A DNA stretch of 64,000 nucleotides from Planctomycetota bacterium (GTDB taxonomy: Bacteria; Planctomycetota; UBA8108; SXIK01): contig CBDCXR010000004.1 of assembly GCA_965223845.1 (NCBI GenBank), forward strand, positions 4,928,001-4,992,000. The letters run 5' to 3'. Positions 7,526 to 16,004 of this stretch are shown piece by piece. The translations under genes were made by a program, and so were the position numbers. The stretch's first letter is position 1. The number at the start of each line of letters is the position of its first letter. The notes under the pieces are model-generated. The model had not been told where the DNA came from. It saw nothing but the letters and a program-made list of their open reading frames with translations, and ran no database searches.

Positions 7526-10489
7526 TCATTCCTCGCGACGCATCGCGGTAACGACGACTTCCTGTCGCCAAATCCCATCTACAAGCGTGCAGTGCGCACG
7601 TTCGAGCGCCGGCAGATCGAGGACGAGGCGCGCAGTGCCGAGCGGTTCGCCCTCCGCTCCGAGAAAGAGCACGTGGTCGCCGGGTGGCAGCGCGCGAACG
7701 TCGATTTCGCCGTCCGCATCGGTCACTCCGACCGGAAGCGCGGCTTGCGCGGCCTGCGCGCTGAACGGCCAGCCGACGAACACGCCGCATCGCGTCCTCG
7801 GACTCCCGTCTGGCCCGGAGACGCGGAGGCGATGCGACTCGCGGGGGATCGCGTCGAGGGTGACGGCGATCGAGCGCTCGCGAACTCCCGCCGGGAGATC
7901 GAGTTCCGTCCAGCGATACCCGTCCGGTCGGATCACGATCGTTCCCGATTCGAACTCGCGTGCAGCCACGCGCTGGTCGGCGAAGAAGCGCCGGCCACTC
8001 GTGTTTCGCCCGAGCATCCCCGAATGGACGGCCCCGGCCGAGGATATGAGATCGACGCCGGTCAGAGCGCGCACACTTCGCCCGCCCTCATCGACGAGGT
8101 CGAGGTCGAGATCGATCCCGGCCGCGCGATCGGCGGCGACGATCGTCAAGCCCTCACCTGCTCCACGCTCGATATCGATCGTGAGGACGCCGCCGAGGGT
8201 CGAATCCACTACGAACGCGGCGCGGCCAACCGACTCGAGCTCGCCGAGAGCGATCACCTCATCCGGCGCAAACGCGGTCAGAAACACCTCTGCGCGCGCG
8301 AAGACCGTCGAGTCCGCTCCGTCCGCGTGCGGCGCCTCGCGAGAGATGATCGACGGGACACCGCGAAAGCGAAACGCCCCATCGGCACCGGTTTTCGTTC
8401 GTCCGGAGACGGATTCGATTCCATCTGCCCACACGGAGCCGAGGTGAAGCGTCATGCCGGCAAGGGGAGCACCGGATGGCGACACGGCGAGACCCGTCAG
8501 CTCGGCACCGCGCTCGAGCGCGATTTCAAACGTGCGGTCCTCGGTCGGATCGACGCGCTCGAGGTGGTTTACGAACGCAGGGTGATAGACGAAGAAGTAG
8601 AGCTCGTCTCCGCGCGGATCGACCGGGCCGAGCTCGAACTCTCCCGCCTCATCGAGCGTCGCGCGAGAGAGAGGCTTCAGCCGCCGCTCCCCGCGACCCT
8701 GCTTCGGGATTCCCGCGGTATTCAACGACGAGATCGGTCCATCCGCATCCTGCGCGGGGCCATCGGGACACATCAGGAACACGACGGCACGGCGTGCCGC
8801 CGCCCCATTCGGCGTGGTCACTCGTCCGCGAACGCTAAGGCCATCCGGAAGCACGAACCGCCACACCCCACTCTCCGGCGGGCGGCCGCTCCTCACGACC
8901 GCCGGAAAGAGTTCGTGCTGGAACCGAATGCGAGCGTCTTCGTCGAGAGCCATTCCTCCGAGTGAGCATCGACCGGTTCGATCGGTCGTCGCCGTCCAGT
9001 CGACTCGACGCGACTCGCTCGTGGTGACCTTGATTCGACAATCGGGAATCGGATCCCCGCGTTCGTCGAGAACGATCAGCTCGACGGCGCGGCCGGTCCG
9101 AAGCGCGATCGTCGTCGCGGGCGGTCGTGCGGGAACGCGAACGGCAGCGTAGCCCTCGGTGTCGATATCGATCCACGTCGTTTCGAGGCGATCGGGGTAG
9201 ACGAACTCTCCCCGGGAGTCGGTCGTGTAGAGCGAGCGTTCGATCGCGACGCGAGCGGGGAATCGCTCGTCCAGAAACACATCGAGACCTGCGACCGGCG
9301 AGCCATCGGGACCGACCACTCGCACCCGCGCGTCGTTCGTACGCGCGAGAGCGATCTCGAGACGACCGCGCGGAGAGCTCGCGGCGGAAGCGGAATCGTC
9401 GGGGCGCAGATCTCGGAGGCGCGCGGCTTCGCGGTACTCGCGAAATCCTGGCGCCAGCACGAGGATCCCTTCGCGGCGGAGGATCTCGGCGGGAACTTCG
9501 AGCTCACCGCGCGCATCGGTCGTTCCGAGCTCCGATGCGAGGGGCTGCCGACGAGTTTTCGAGAACACGCGGGCACCCTCGACCCGAGCTCCCGATTCAG
9601 AATCGACCACGCGAATCTTCGGAGCCGCCGGGGCATCGACGAACGCCGTGTCCCCGCGGTCTCCGCGATTCACAACCTCCGCTTGTATCGACGGACGAGC
9701 TGTTTCGAACGCGACGGGAGGCCTGGGAGATCCTTCGCGCTTCGCGCCGGCTCCTGACGACGCGCGCGGCGACGCCGACGAATGATGCGCGACCGCGATG
9801 GCGACCGCGACGGTCGCTAGGCCGAGGAGAACGAACGAACCGATCGTTGCGGTCGGCGTTCTGGGCCCGGAACTCGACGAGGGCGCGCTCCGGGAGGATG
9901 CCGGATCCCCGTGCGCGACGGAGGGAGTGAGCGGCGGCAGAAGGCACTCGCCCGGGAGGACGAGTGGGAGAAGCCGAGCCATCCACTTCTCTCGGCCGTG
10001 GCGCCGCGAAAGCGAGGCCCGCAGCCGCTCGAGGCCGCGCGCGAGCTGCGTCCGCACCGTCGAGTCGGGAATCCCGAGCTCGCGTGCGATCTCGGCGAGC
10101 GGTCGTTCGTCGAAGTAATGAAAGTAGACAACGGTTCGGTACGGCTCGTCGAGTTCGCGCACTGCGTCCGCAAGCAGGCTCTGCGTCTCGAGGCGCTCGG
10201 CGACGCTGTCACCGGCGCGTACGGAGTCCGGTTTTCCGGCCGCCCGCTCGCGCCTCGTTCGACGACGCTCCGATCGGTTGGCGCGAAATGCCAAGGATCG
10301 AACGACCGTCCGCAACCACGCCTGAAGCGCGGCCGGCTTCGACGGCGGTCGCCGGAGTGCGGTGATCCACACTTCCTGAACGACATCGTCCGCGAGACTC
10401 TCGTCGTAGAGTAGCCGACGAGCGAGTCGGCGCACCCAAGTTCCGTTCTCTAGGAGAGTGCGAATCTCTTGCTGGTCGCCTCGGTTCAT
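7526..10489 (-). CDS. ECF sigma-70 factor with transmembrane helix and long C-terminal extension of carboxypeptidase-regulatory-like Ig repeats
   Basis: sigma2 ADDVVQEVW...AWLRTVVR; sigma4 LAEIARELGIPDSTVRTQLARG; TM IGSFVLLGLATVAVAIAVA; repeats of the type VRVVGPDGSPVAG / LIVLDERGDPIP / LTGLAVSPSGAPLAG. Confidence 0.85.
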   Translation of the reverse strand: MNRGDQQEIRTLLENGTWVRRLARRLLYDESLADDVVQEVWITALRRPPSKPAALQAWLRTVVRSLAFRANRSERRRTRRERAAGKPDSVRAGDSVAERLETQSLLADAVRELDEPYRTVVYFHYFDERPLAEIARELGIPDSTVRTQLARGLERLRASLSRRHGREKWMARLLPLVLPGECLLPPLTPSVAHGDPASSRSAPSSSSGPRTPTATIGSFVLLGLATVAVAIAVAHHSSASPRASSGAGAKREGSPRPPVAFETARPSIQAEVVNRGDRGDTAFVDAPAAPKIRVVDSESGARVEGARVFSKTRRQPLASELGTTDARGELEVPAEILRREGILVLAPGFREYREAARLRDLRPDDSASAASSPRGRLEIALARTNDARVRVVGPDGSPVAGLDVFLDERFPARVAIERSLYTTDSRGEFVYPDRLETTWIDIDTEGYAAVRVPARPPATTIALRTGRAVELIVLDERGDPIPDCRIKVTTSESRRVDWTATTDRTGRCSLGGMALDEDARIRFQHELFPAVVRSGRPPESGVWRFVLPDGLSVRGRVTTPNGAAARRAVVFLMCPDGPAQDADGPISSLNTAGIPKQGRGERRLKPLSRATLDEAGEFELGPVDPRGDELYFFVYHPAFVNHLERVDPTEDRTFEIALERGAELTGLAVSPSGAPLAGMTLHLGSVWADGIESVSGRTKTGADGAFRFRGVPSIISREAPHADGADSTVFARAEVFLTAFAPDEVIALGELESVGRAAFVVDSTLGGVLTIDIERGAGEGLTIVAADRAAGIDLDLDLVDEGGRSVRALTGVDLISSAGAVHSGMLGRNTSGRRFFADQRVAAREFESGTIVIRPDGYRWTELDLPAGVRERSIAVTLDAIPRESHRLRVSGPDGSPRTRCGVFVGWPFSAQAAQAALPVGVTDADGEIDVRALPPGDHVLFLGAEGEPLGTARLVLDLPALERAHCTLVDGIWRQEVVVTAMRREE

Positions 10490-10501
10490 ATCCCGTGCTC
10501 G

Positions 10502-11428
10502 TCAGCAGGACTCTCCGTCGCAGTAAGGAAGATCGTCCGCACGTTCGTCGGCGCCGCATTCGCCAACGACCACGAAGGCGCCGGCTCCCTCGAAGAGACG
10601 AGAGAGGACGAGCACCGGATCGTTGATCGCAACTCCGCCGTCGTCGTCGGCGTCGGCCGCATCGAGACAGCGCACCGAGTCTCCTTGTCCCGCGAAGAGA
10701 TACGTTAGAACGCGGATCGCATCGGCGATGCTGACTCGCCCGTCGTCGTTGGCATCGCCGCGGACGAAGCGCGGCTCGATGGGAGCGGTGATCTCGACGT
10801 CGATGCAGGTCGGCTCCGCGAAGCTGAAGAGTCCGTCCGACTGCTCGGCATCGTCTTCGCCGTCGTCGTCATCGTCGCCGGTCTCGCCCTCCTCTTCGGG
10901 CGGCTCGTAGTCTTCGGTTTCCTCCATGAGAACACACGTCCGTACCGGGTCGGGCGCGATCGCCCGACAGTGAACGATGAGCCACTCCGTGCCGTAGCGC
11001 GCGCTCTCGAACGGATCGTCGAGGACCATCACCGAAGTCAGCCGTCGTCCTCCCGGATAGATGATGATGTCGCACGCCGGAGGATCGCCGTTTTCCTCGA
11101 CGTACGCCCGGAGCGCTGCGCCCGGGGACCACGACAGGAACTCCGCGTGCCCCGGTGCCGTCGCGGCGCGGAATCCGACGAAGACGATCGGTCCGTAGGT
11201 CGTCGCGTTGACGACGAGATCGAATCGCTCACCGCTCGCCACGGTCACCGGAGGAACGTCGAGGGTCACTCCGCCACCCCGGAACGGGGCCGTATCCGCT
11301 CCGTTGACTCCCGTCGTCGCCGAAAGCGCGACGAGGATCGCGAGCGCGATCGGCACCGCCGACGAAGCCGCTGTCGCTCGCGCTCGGACCGTCTTTCTTC
11401 CTCCCACCGTAAAGCTCGTTCTCTGCAT
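10502..11428 (-). CDS. Secreted protein with cohesin-like beta-sandwich, acidic linker and dockerin-like domain
   Basis: Signal peptide; VTLDVPPVTVASGERFDLVVN; EEEGETGDDDDDGEDD; FVRGDANDDGRVSIADA...CLDAADADDDGGVAIND; ends 12 nt before the ECF start. Confidence 0.75.
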   Translation of the reverse strand: MQRTSFTVGGRKTVRARATAASSAVPIALAILVALSATTGVNGADTAPFRGGGVTLDVPPVTVASGERFDLVVNATTYGPIVFVGFRAATAPGHAEFLSWSPGAALRAYVEENGDPPACDIIIYPGGRRLTSVMVLDDPFESARYGTEWLIVHCRAIAPDPVRTCVLMEETEDYEPPEEEGETGDDDDDGEDDAEQSDGLFSFAEPTCIDVEITAPIEPRFVRGDANDDGRVSIADAIRVLTYLFAGQGDSVRCLDAADADDDGGVAINDPVLVLSRLFEGAGAFVVVGECGADERADDLPYCDGESC

Positions 11429-11495
11429 ATATCGATTCCTGTTCGATCTCGATCCATTGCCGTGGAGCGTCGCCCGGAGAAAGCGCCTCCGAGAA

Positions 11496-11524
11496 AAGAG
11501 CCCGCCGATCTCGCCGCCGTCTCA
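11496..11524 (-). promoter_or_regulatory. Putative ECF promoter, copy 2 (TGAGACG-N10-CGGCGGGCTCTT)
   Basis: 19 of 29 positions identical to 7439-7467 in two blocks; about 67 nt upstream of the dockerin-ECF operon. Confidence 0.55.
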
Positions 11525-11770
11525 GCATTTTCTCGTTCTCTTCGGGAGCCTCTCTCGTGGTCGATTGTGCGGCGTGAGTGCCGCTCTCGCGACACTGGAC
11601 CGGCGTACTTTCACCGAATCACCGGTCGACCGGCGAACTCCGGCGCCGGCGAGCCGCTCGGCGGGTGTAGCCGCGAGTTCGCGACGCGACTACACTCGAG
11701 CCGATCGTCGCGCGCGGTCCACCACCTCGCCGCGAGTTCGACTTCCGCCGAACCGGTATGGAGCCGGTGC

Positions 11771-13108
11771 ATGCCCTCAACTCGTAGCGCGGCGCGAGCA
11801 GCTCTCGTCGTCCTCGCAGTCTCGGCCCCGGCCGGCCGCCTCCAGGCGATCGCACCGTCTTATTCGCTCGCGCTCTCAGGCCCCGAGCGGGTCGTCGGCG
11901 AGCCGGGAGAGGTCATCGAGATTCCGTTTCTCCTCGGCCTCGAAACGGAGGCCCCCGACGGACTTCGCCTCCGCGAAGTTGCGATCGCGCTCCGGACGGA
12001 CGCGGGAGAGATCGCCGCGATCGATCTCTCGGGGACCACCACGGAGGAGCTTCTCGCTCCCGGGCACGAGCTCGTCGCCCACGTCGGCTCGATCGATTCG
12101 ACGACCGGCGACGGAACGGCCCTTCTCCGCGTTCGCCTCTCCGGAGATGACCGAGGCGTGGTCTTTCCGCGCTCCGCTCTCGTCGCGCGCGTCGTCGTCG
12201 CCGTGCGGATTCCCCAGCGCGGCCAAGAAACGATCGCGGCGGTCACGATCGCAAGTTCGTACGAGAATGACGGCGGAATGGCAACGCCCACGCGCGGCAT
12301 CGACGAGAGCGGACAAGTGGCGCTGCTGTCCCTTCCACCCCCCGCCGAGCTCGAACGCTTTCCGTGCGGTCACCGCATCGGATTTCAGGGGCCGGTCGCC
12401 GGCGGCGACGGTACACGCGAGACGTACGAGCTCACTCTGAGCGGGGAGAGAGAAGAGGTCCTCGGTTACAGCATCGCGGTGAGTCTCGTCGGCGGGGGTA
12501 CGATTCACGGCATCGGGATCGAGGGCACCGACGTCGAGCCCCTCATGGACGAGGGGTTCGTGACAGCGGAAGTCGGCGCGCGATCACCGCATCACGAACG
12601 AAGCGGTGCCGTTCTCGTCGTCGTTCCGTCGTTAGGGGGCGCCGTCGTGCTCCCCGCCGTCGCGACGATCGGAGTCGTGACCGTGGATCCCGAGCCGGAA
12701 GATCTCCGCTACGAGCCCTCGCTCACGCTCCCGAACAGCGCGCGCAGTGTCGACACCGTTCTCACGGTCGGATCCGGCAATCACTATCCCTGCACGGCGA
12801 CACTCCGCGCGCCGGAGCCGCCGCCCCCCGAGCGTTTCCGCCGAGGCGATGCGAACGGCGACACCGCGGTCAACATCGCCGACGCGCTTCGCATTCTGAT
12901 CTACCTCTTCGGGGACGGCGCCGCATTCCCCTGCGACGACGCGAGCGACAGCAACGACGACGGACAGATCAATATTTCGGACGGCGTAACGATCCTCAAC
13001 AAGCTGTTCGGCGGAGACTCGCCCGAGTTCGCGGCGCCGGGGCGTCACACATGCGGGCCCGATCCGACTGCGGACGCGCTCGGCTGCGCCGAAACTCCGT
13101 GCGATTGA
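11771..13108 (+). CDS. Secreted protein with two cohesin-like domains and C-terminal dockerin-like domain
   Basis: ATG at 11771 gives signal peptide MPSTRSAARAALVVLAVSAPA; VVGEPGEVIEIPFLL and EVLGYSIAV segments; FRRGDANGDTAVNIADA...CDDASDSNDDGQINISD...CGPDPTADALGC. Confidence 0.75.
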   Translation: MPSTRSAARAALVVLAVSAPAGRLQAIAPSYSLALSGPERVVGEPGEVIEIPFLLGLETEAPDGLRLREVAIALRTDAGEIAAIDLSGTTTEELLAPGHELVAHVGSIDSTTGDGTALLRVRLSGDDRGVVFPRSALVARVVVAVRIPQRGQETIAAVTIASSYENDGGMATPTRGIDESGQVALLSLPPPAELERFPCGHRIGFQGPVAGGDGTRETYELTLSGEREEVLGYSIAVSLVGGGTIHGIGIEGTDVEPLMDEGFVTAEVGARSPHHERSGAVLVVVPSLGGAVVLPAVATIGVVTVDPEPEDLRYEPSLTLPNSARSVDTVLTVGSGNHYPCTATLRAPEPPPPERFRRGDANGDTAVNIADALRILIYLFGDGAAFPCDDASDSNDDGQINISDGVTILNKLFGGDSPEFAAPGRHTCGPDPTADALGCAETPCD

Positions 13109-13210
13109 GACGAAGCTCATCTCGAACCTTGCGGAGAGCGGCAAAGAGCGCCTAGCCACTTCGGCTTTCGCAACGTCGGGGCAAATCTCGTCGATCTCTC
13201 GCTCGGCGGA

Positions 13211-14206
13211 TCAACGCGGAAGATCGAGCAGATCCTTCATCGCGCGCCCCATAGCGTCGCCGATGAGGAAGTAGCTCTCGGCGTTACCGAACCAGTGGTG
13301 ACCGTGTCCGACGTTCGGCGAGTCTTCGGCCTTCCGGAGAAACGCACGCGTCTCGACGAACGCGACCGATTCGCGGAACTCCTTTCGCTTCGCAACCGCT
13401 CTCTGCGCGTTCCGGAGCTTCAGTTGATCCGCGTTGCCGGTTTCACCGATCACTACGGGAAGCCGGGGCGCACCGAGCTCGTCTCTCACGTCGCGGATGA
13501 GATGCGCGAGGTTCTCCTCGTAGGCGTCGAGCGCTCCTTCGGTCACCATATCGTTCCATCCTTGGAACCAGACGAAACCGGCGAACTCGTGCTCGCGTCC
13601 AGCGCACTCCGGAAGCTCGGCTTCGAGTCGTTCGAGCGTTTGGCGGATCTCCGTGATCATCTTCTTGTAGAACGGTCCGACGTCGCCGCCCGCGCTCGGC
13701 GGACGAAAGTCGCGGTGGAGGCTCTTCCCGCCCCACGCGGTCTTGATGAGGAGAATCGGCTCGGCGATCGCGTCGCCGAGGACGTGGCCGAATTGGAGCT
13801 CCGGGCCGAAGTGATGCTTCCCCTCGTAGGCGCCGAATCCGATCGATAGACGTCCGGCCTTGAGCGCACCTTTCGTCGGCTGATAGCGCACCCAAACATC
13901 GTCGCGGACGGTCCAACGACCGTCCCTCTGTCGCAAGTGCGCGAGACGCTTCGCCTTCGTCGGATCCTTCAAAAGGTGCTTCAAGGTTCCCCGGCCGCCG
14001 TTGTAGTACTTCTCGTGATCGAGATCGACGACGGCCTGCCCTTCCATGTTCGACTGGCCGGCAAGGACGAAAACCTTGAGCGGCTTCTTCGCCGCGCCGG
14101 CGCTCGCGGTGGGCTTGTCGACCTCGCGAGCCAGGGGCCGCGCGGACGAAGCGAGCGCGAGCACGCAAAGGCCGCAAAGAAGCGCGTACTCCGCCTTCCT
14201 TCGCAT
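13211..14206 (-). CDS. Sialate O-acetylesterase family (SASA, SGNH) carbohydrate esterase
   Basis: VFVLAGQSNMEG, FGPELQFG, IKTAWGGKSL, GFVWFQGWND, HHWFGNAESY; GAGG ribosome-binding site before ATG at 14206. Confidence 0.85.
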   Translation of the reverse strand: MRRKAEYALLCGLCVLALASSARPLAREVDKPTASAGAAKKPLKVFVLAGQSNMEGQAVVDLDHEKYYNGGRGTLKHLLKDPTKAKRLAHLRQRDGRWTVRDDVWVRYQPTKGALKAGRLSIGFGAYEGKHHFGPELQFGHVLGDAIAEPILLIKTAWGGKSLHRDFRPPSAGGDVGPFYKKMITEIRQTLERLEAELPECAGREHEFAGFVWFQGWNDMVTEGALDAYEENLAHLIRDVRDELGAPRLPVVIGETGNADQLKLRNAQRAVAKRKEFRESVAFVETRAFLRKAEDSPNVGHGHHWFGNAESYFLIGDAMGRAMKDLLDLPR

Positions 14207-14355
14207 GGCGAGTTCCTCTCGTTTCATTGCTGAGGCCCGATCGGCGCCGACCGGCGTTGAGGTTCGTACAAGGAGCGAGTCTAATCGAGTCCGAGACGCG
14301 CGCAATGCCCTCTGCCGCGCGCGAGAGTCGCATTCCACCTACAGGCCTTTCAACT

Positions 14356-15765
14356 ATGCTCCACGCAAACGTTCGGCGATTCGCGCTCTGTGTTCTCTTG
14401 ACGATTGTGTCGACGGCGGGAAGCCGCGCGCTCGGCGGCGAGGACGCCGGCGCACCGCCGAATTTCGTGATCGTGTTTCTCGACGACGCCGGTTGGTCCG
14501 ATTTCCAGCCGTTCGGAGCGCCGGCTTACAAGACTCCGAACGTCGAGCGCCTCGCCGCCGACGGTTGCCGGTTCGATAACTTCTACGTGCCGCAAGCGGT
14601 ATGTTCCGCCTCTCGCGCAGCCCTCCTCACAGGTTGCTACCCGGGACGGACGAAGGTCTTCGGCGCCCACGCTCCGCGCGCGAGAGGCCTCGACCCGAGC
14701 TTTCGAACGATCGCGGAAGTGCTGAAGCCGCGGGGATACAAGACGGGAGTCTTCGGCAAATGGCACGTCGGCGACCAGCCCGATACGCGTCCGCCCGCGC
14801 GCGGGTTCGACGAGTCGAGCGGGCTCATGTACTCGAACGACATGTGGGAGTTCCACCCCGAAAACCCGAAGTTCTGGGGAAAGCACCCGCTTCAGTTCTG
14901 GAAGAACGGGAAGATCACCATCGAGCGTGTGACGAAAGACGACCAGACGCACCTCACCACCTGGTACACCGAGCACGCGGTCGACTTCATCCGGCGAAAC
15001 AAGGACCACCCCTTCTTCGTCTACGTCCCCCACTCGATGCCGCACGTCCCGCTTTTCTGCAGCGAAAAGTTCCTTGGAAAGTCCGGTGCGGGTCTCTACG
15101 GCGACGTCATGATGGAGATCGACTGGTCGGTCGGCGAGATCGTCAAGGCGCTCGCCGAGACCGGCGTCACCGAGCGAACGCTCGTCATCTTTACGTCCGA
15201 CAACGGGCCGTGGATCTCCTACGGGAACCACGCCGGTGCGACTCCTTATCGCGAAGCTAAGGGGACGAGCTTCGACGGTGGCGTCCGGAGCGCGTGCGTC
15301 ATGAAGTTTCCGGGAAAGATCGCGCCCGGGACAACATCGACCCGCGCCTTCTCGACGCTCGATTTCCTGCCGACGATCGCGCATCTCGCCGGCGCCTCAC
15401 TCCCCGAGCATCCGATCGACGGCAAGAACGTCTGGGATCTCGTTCGCGGAGCGGCCGACGCGAAGAACCCCCATGAGTACTACCCGTTCTCGATTGGCGG
15501 ACGGTTCGAAGGGATCCTGAGCGGTGACGGCCGCTGGAAACTCCACGTCCCCCACGCCTACCGCACGCTCGTCCGGGCGGCGAACGACGGTGCGGCGGGC
15601 AAGTACCGGCAGGCGAAGATCGAGCTCGAGCTCTTCGATCTGGAGGCGGATCCGTACGAGAAGGAGAGCGTTCTCGAGCGTTATCCGGACGTCGCTCGCC
15701 GGCTGAAAGCGCTCGCCGAAAAGCACCGCAAGCAGTTCTACCCGAAGCAAAAACCGTTCGAGTGA
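14356..15765 (+). CDS. Sulfatase (formylglycine-dependent, Cys-type)
   Basis: PNFVIVFLDD, CSASRAALLTG, GKWHVG, FTSDNG motifs. Confidence 0.92.
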   Translation: MLHANVRRFALCVLLTIVSTAGSRALGGEDAGAPPNFVIVFLDDAGWSDFQPFGAPAYKTPNVERLAADGCRFDNFYVPQAVCSASRAALLTGCYPGRTKVFGAHAPRARGLDPSFRTIAEVLKPRGYKTGVFGKWHVGDQPDTRPPARGFDESSGLMYSNDMWEFHPENPKFWGKHPLQFWKNGKITIERVTKDDQTHLTTWYTEHAVDFIRRNKDHPFFVYVPHSMPHVPLFCSEKFLGKSGAGLYGDVMMEIDWSVGEIVKALAETGVTERTLVIFTSDNGPWISYGNHAGATPYREAKGTSFDGGVRSACVMKFPGKIAPGTTSTRAFSTLDFLPTIAHLAGASLPEHPIDGKNVWDLVRGAADAKNPHEYYPFSIGGRFEGILSGDGRWKLHVPHAYRTLVRAANDGAAGKYRQAKIELELFDLEADPYEKESVLERYPDVARRLKALAEKHRKQFYPKQKPFE

Positions 15766-16004
15766 GCGCGCCATCGATTCTCTTCGAAGAGCTGCAGTCG
15801 AGGCGGGGCGATTCCACGCGCGCGAGGTCGGTGCTTCCTGACTCGAATGCGGAGATCGTCGTCTATTGTCGCGGTTTCTCGCGATTGAATCGTCTCTCGA
15901 TCGCGCGCGACGGAGGACGGGGCCGACCACGGTCGCGGCCCCGACCACCGTCACCGAGACGCCGGGAGTCTACTCCCCCGCGGTCCGCAGGCGCGGCTCG
16001 ATGA
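15762..16004 (+). pseudogene. Possible rhodanese-domain remnant
   Basis: SAPSILFEELQSR...LPDSNAEIVVYCRG resembles the rhodanese core (AxSIPxxELxxR...LP...IVVYCRG); the N-terminal DVR/GHIPG part and a recognisable C-terminus are missing. Confidence 0.4.

Noticed and set aside
6953-8965. 670-aa + strand ORF and similar long antisense ORFs (33890..35857, 45887..47410, 49873..51954, 55722..57284, 59674..61947)
   Set aside because: Antisense shadows of well-supported genes, expected in high-GC DNA; no motifs
10970-11770. N-terminal extension of ORF 10970..13108
   Set aside because: Overlaps the minus-strand gene and its promoter; the signal peptide starts at ATG 11771
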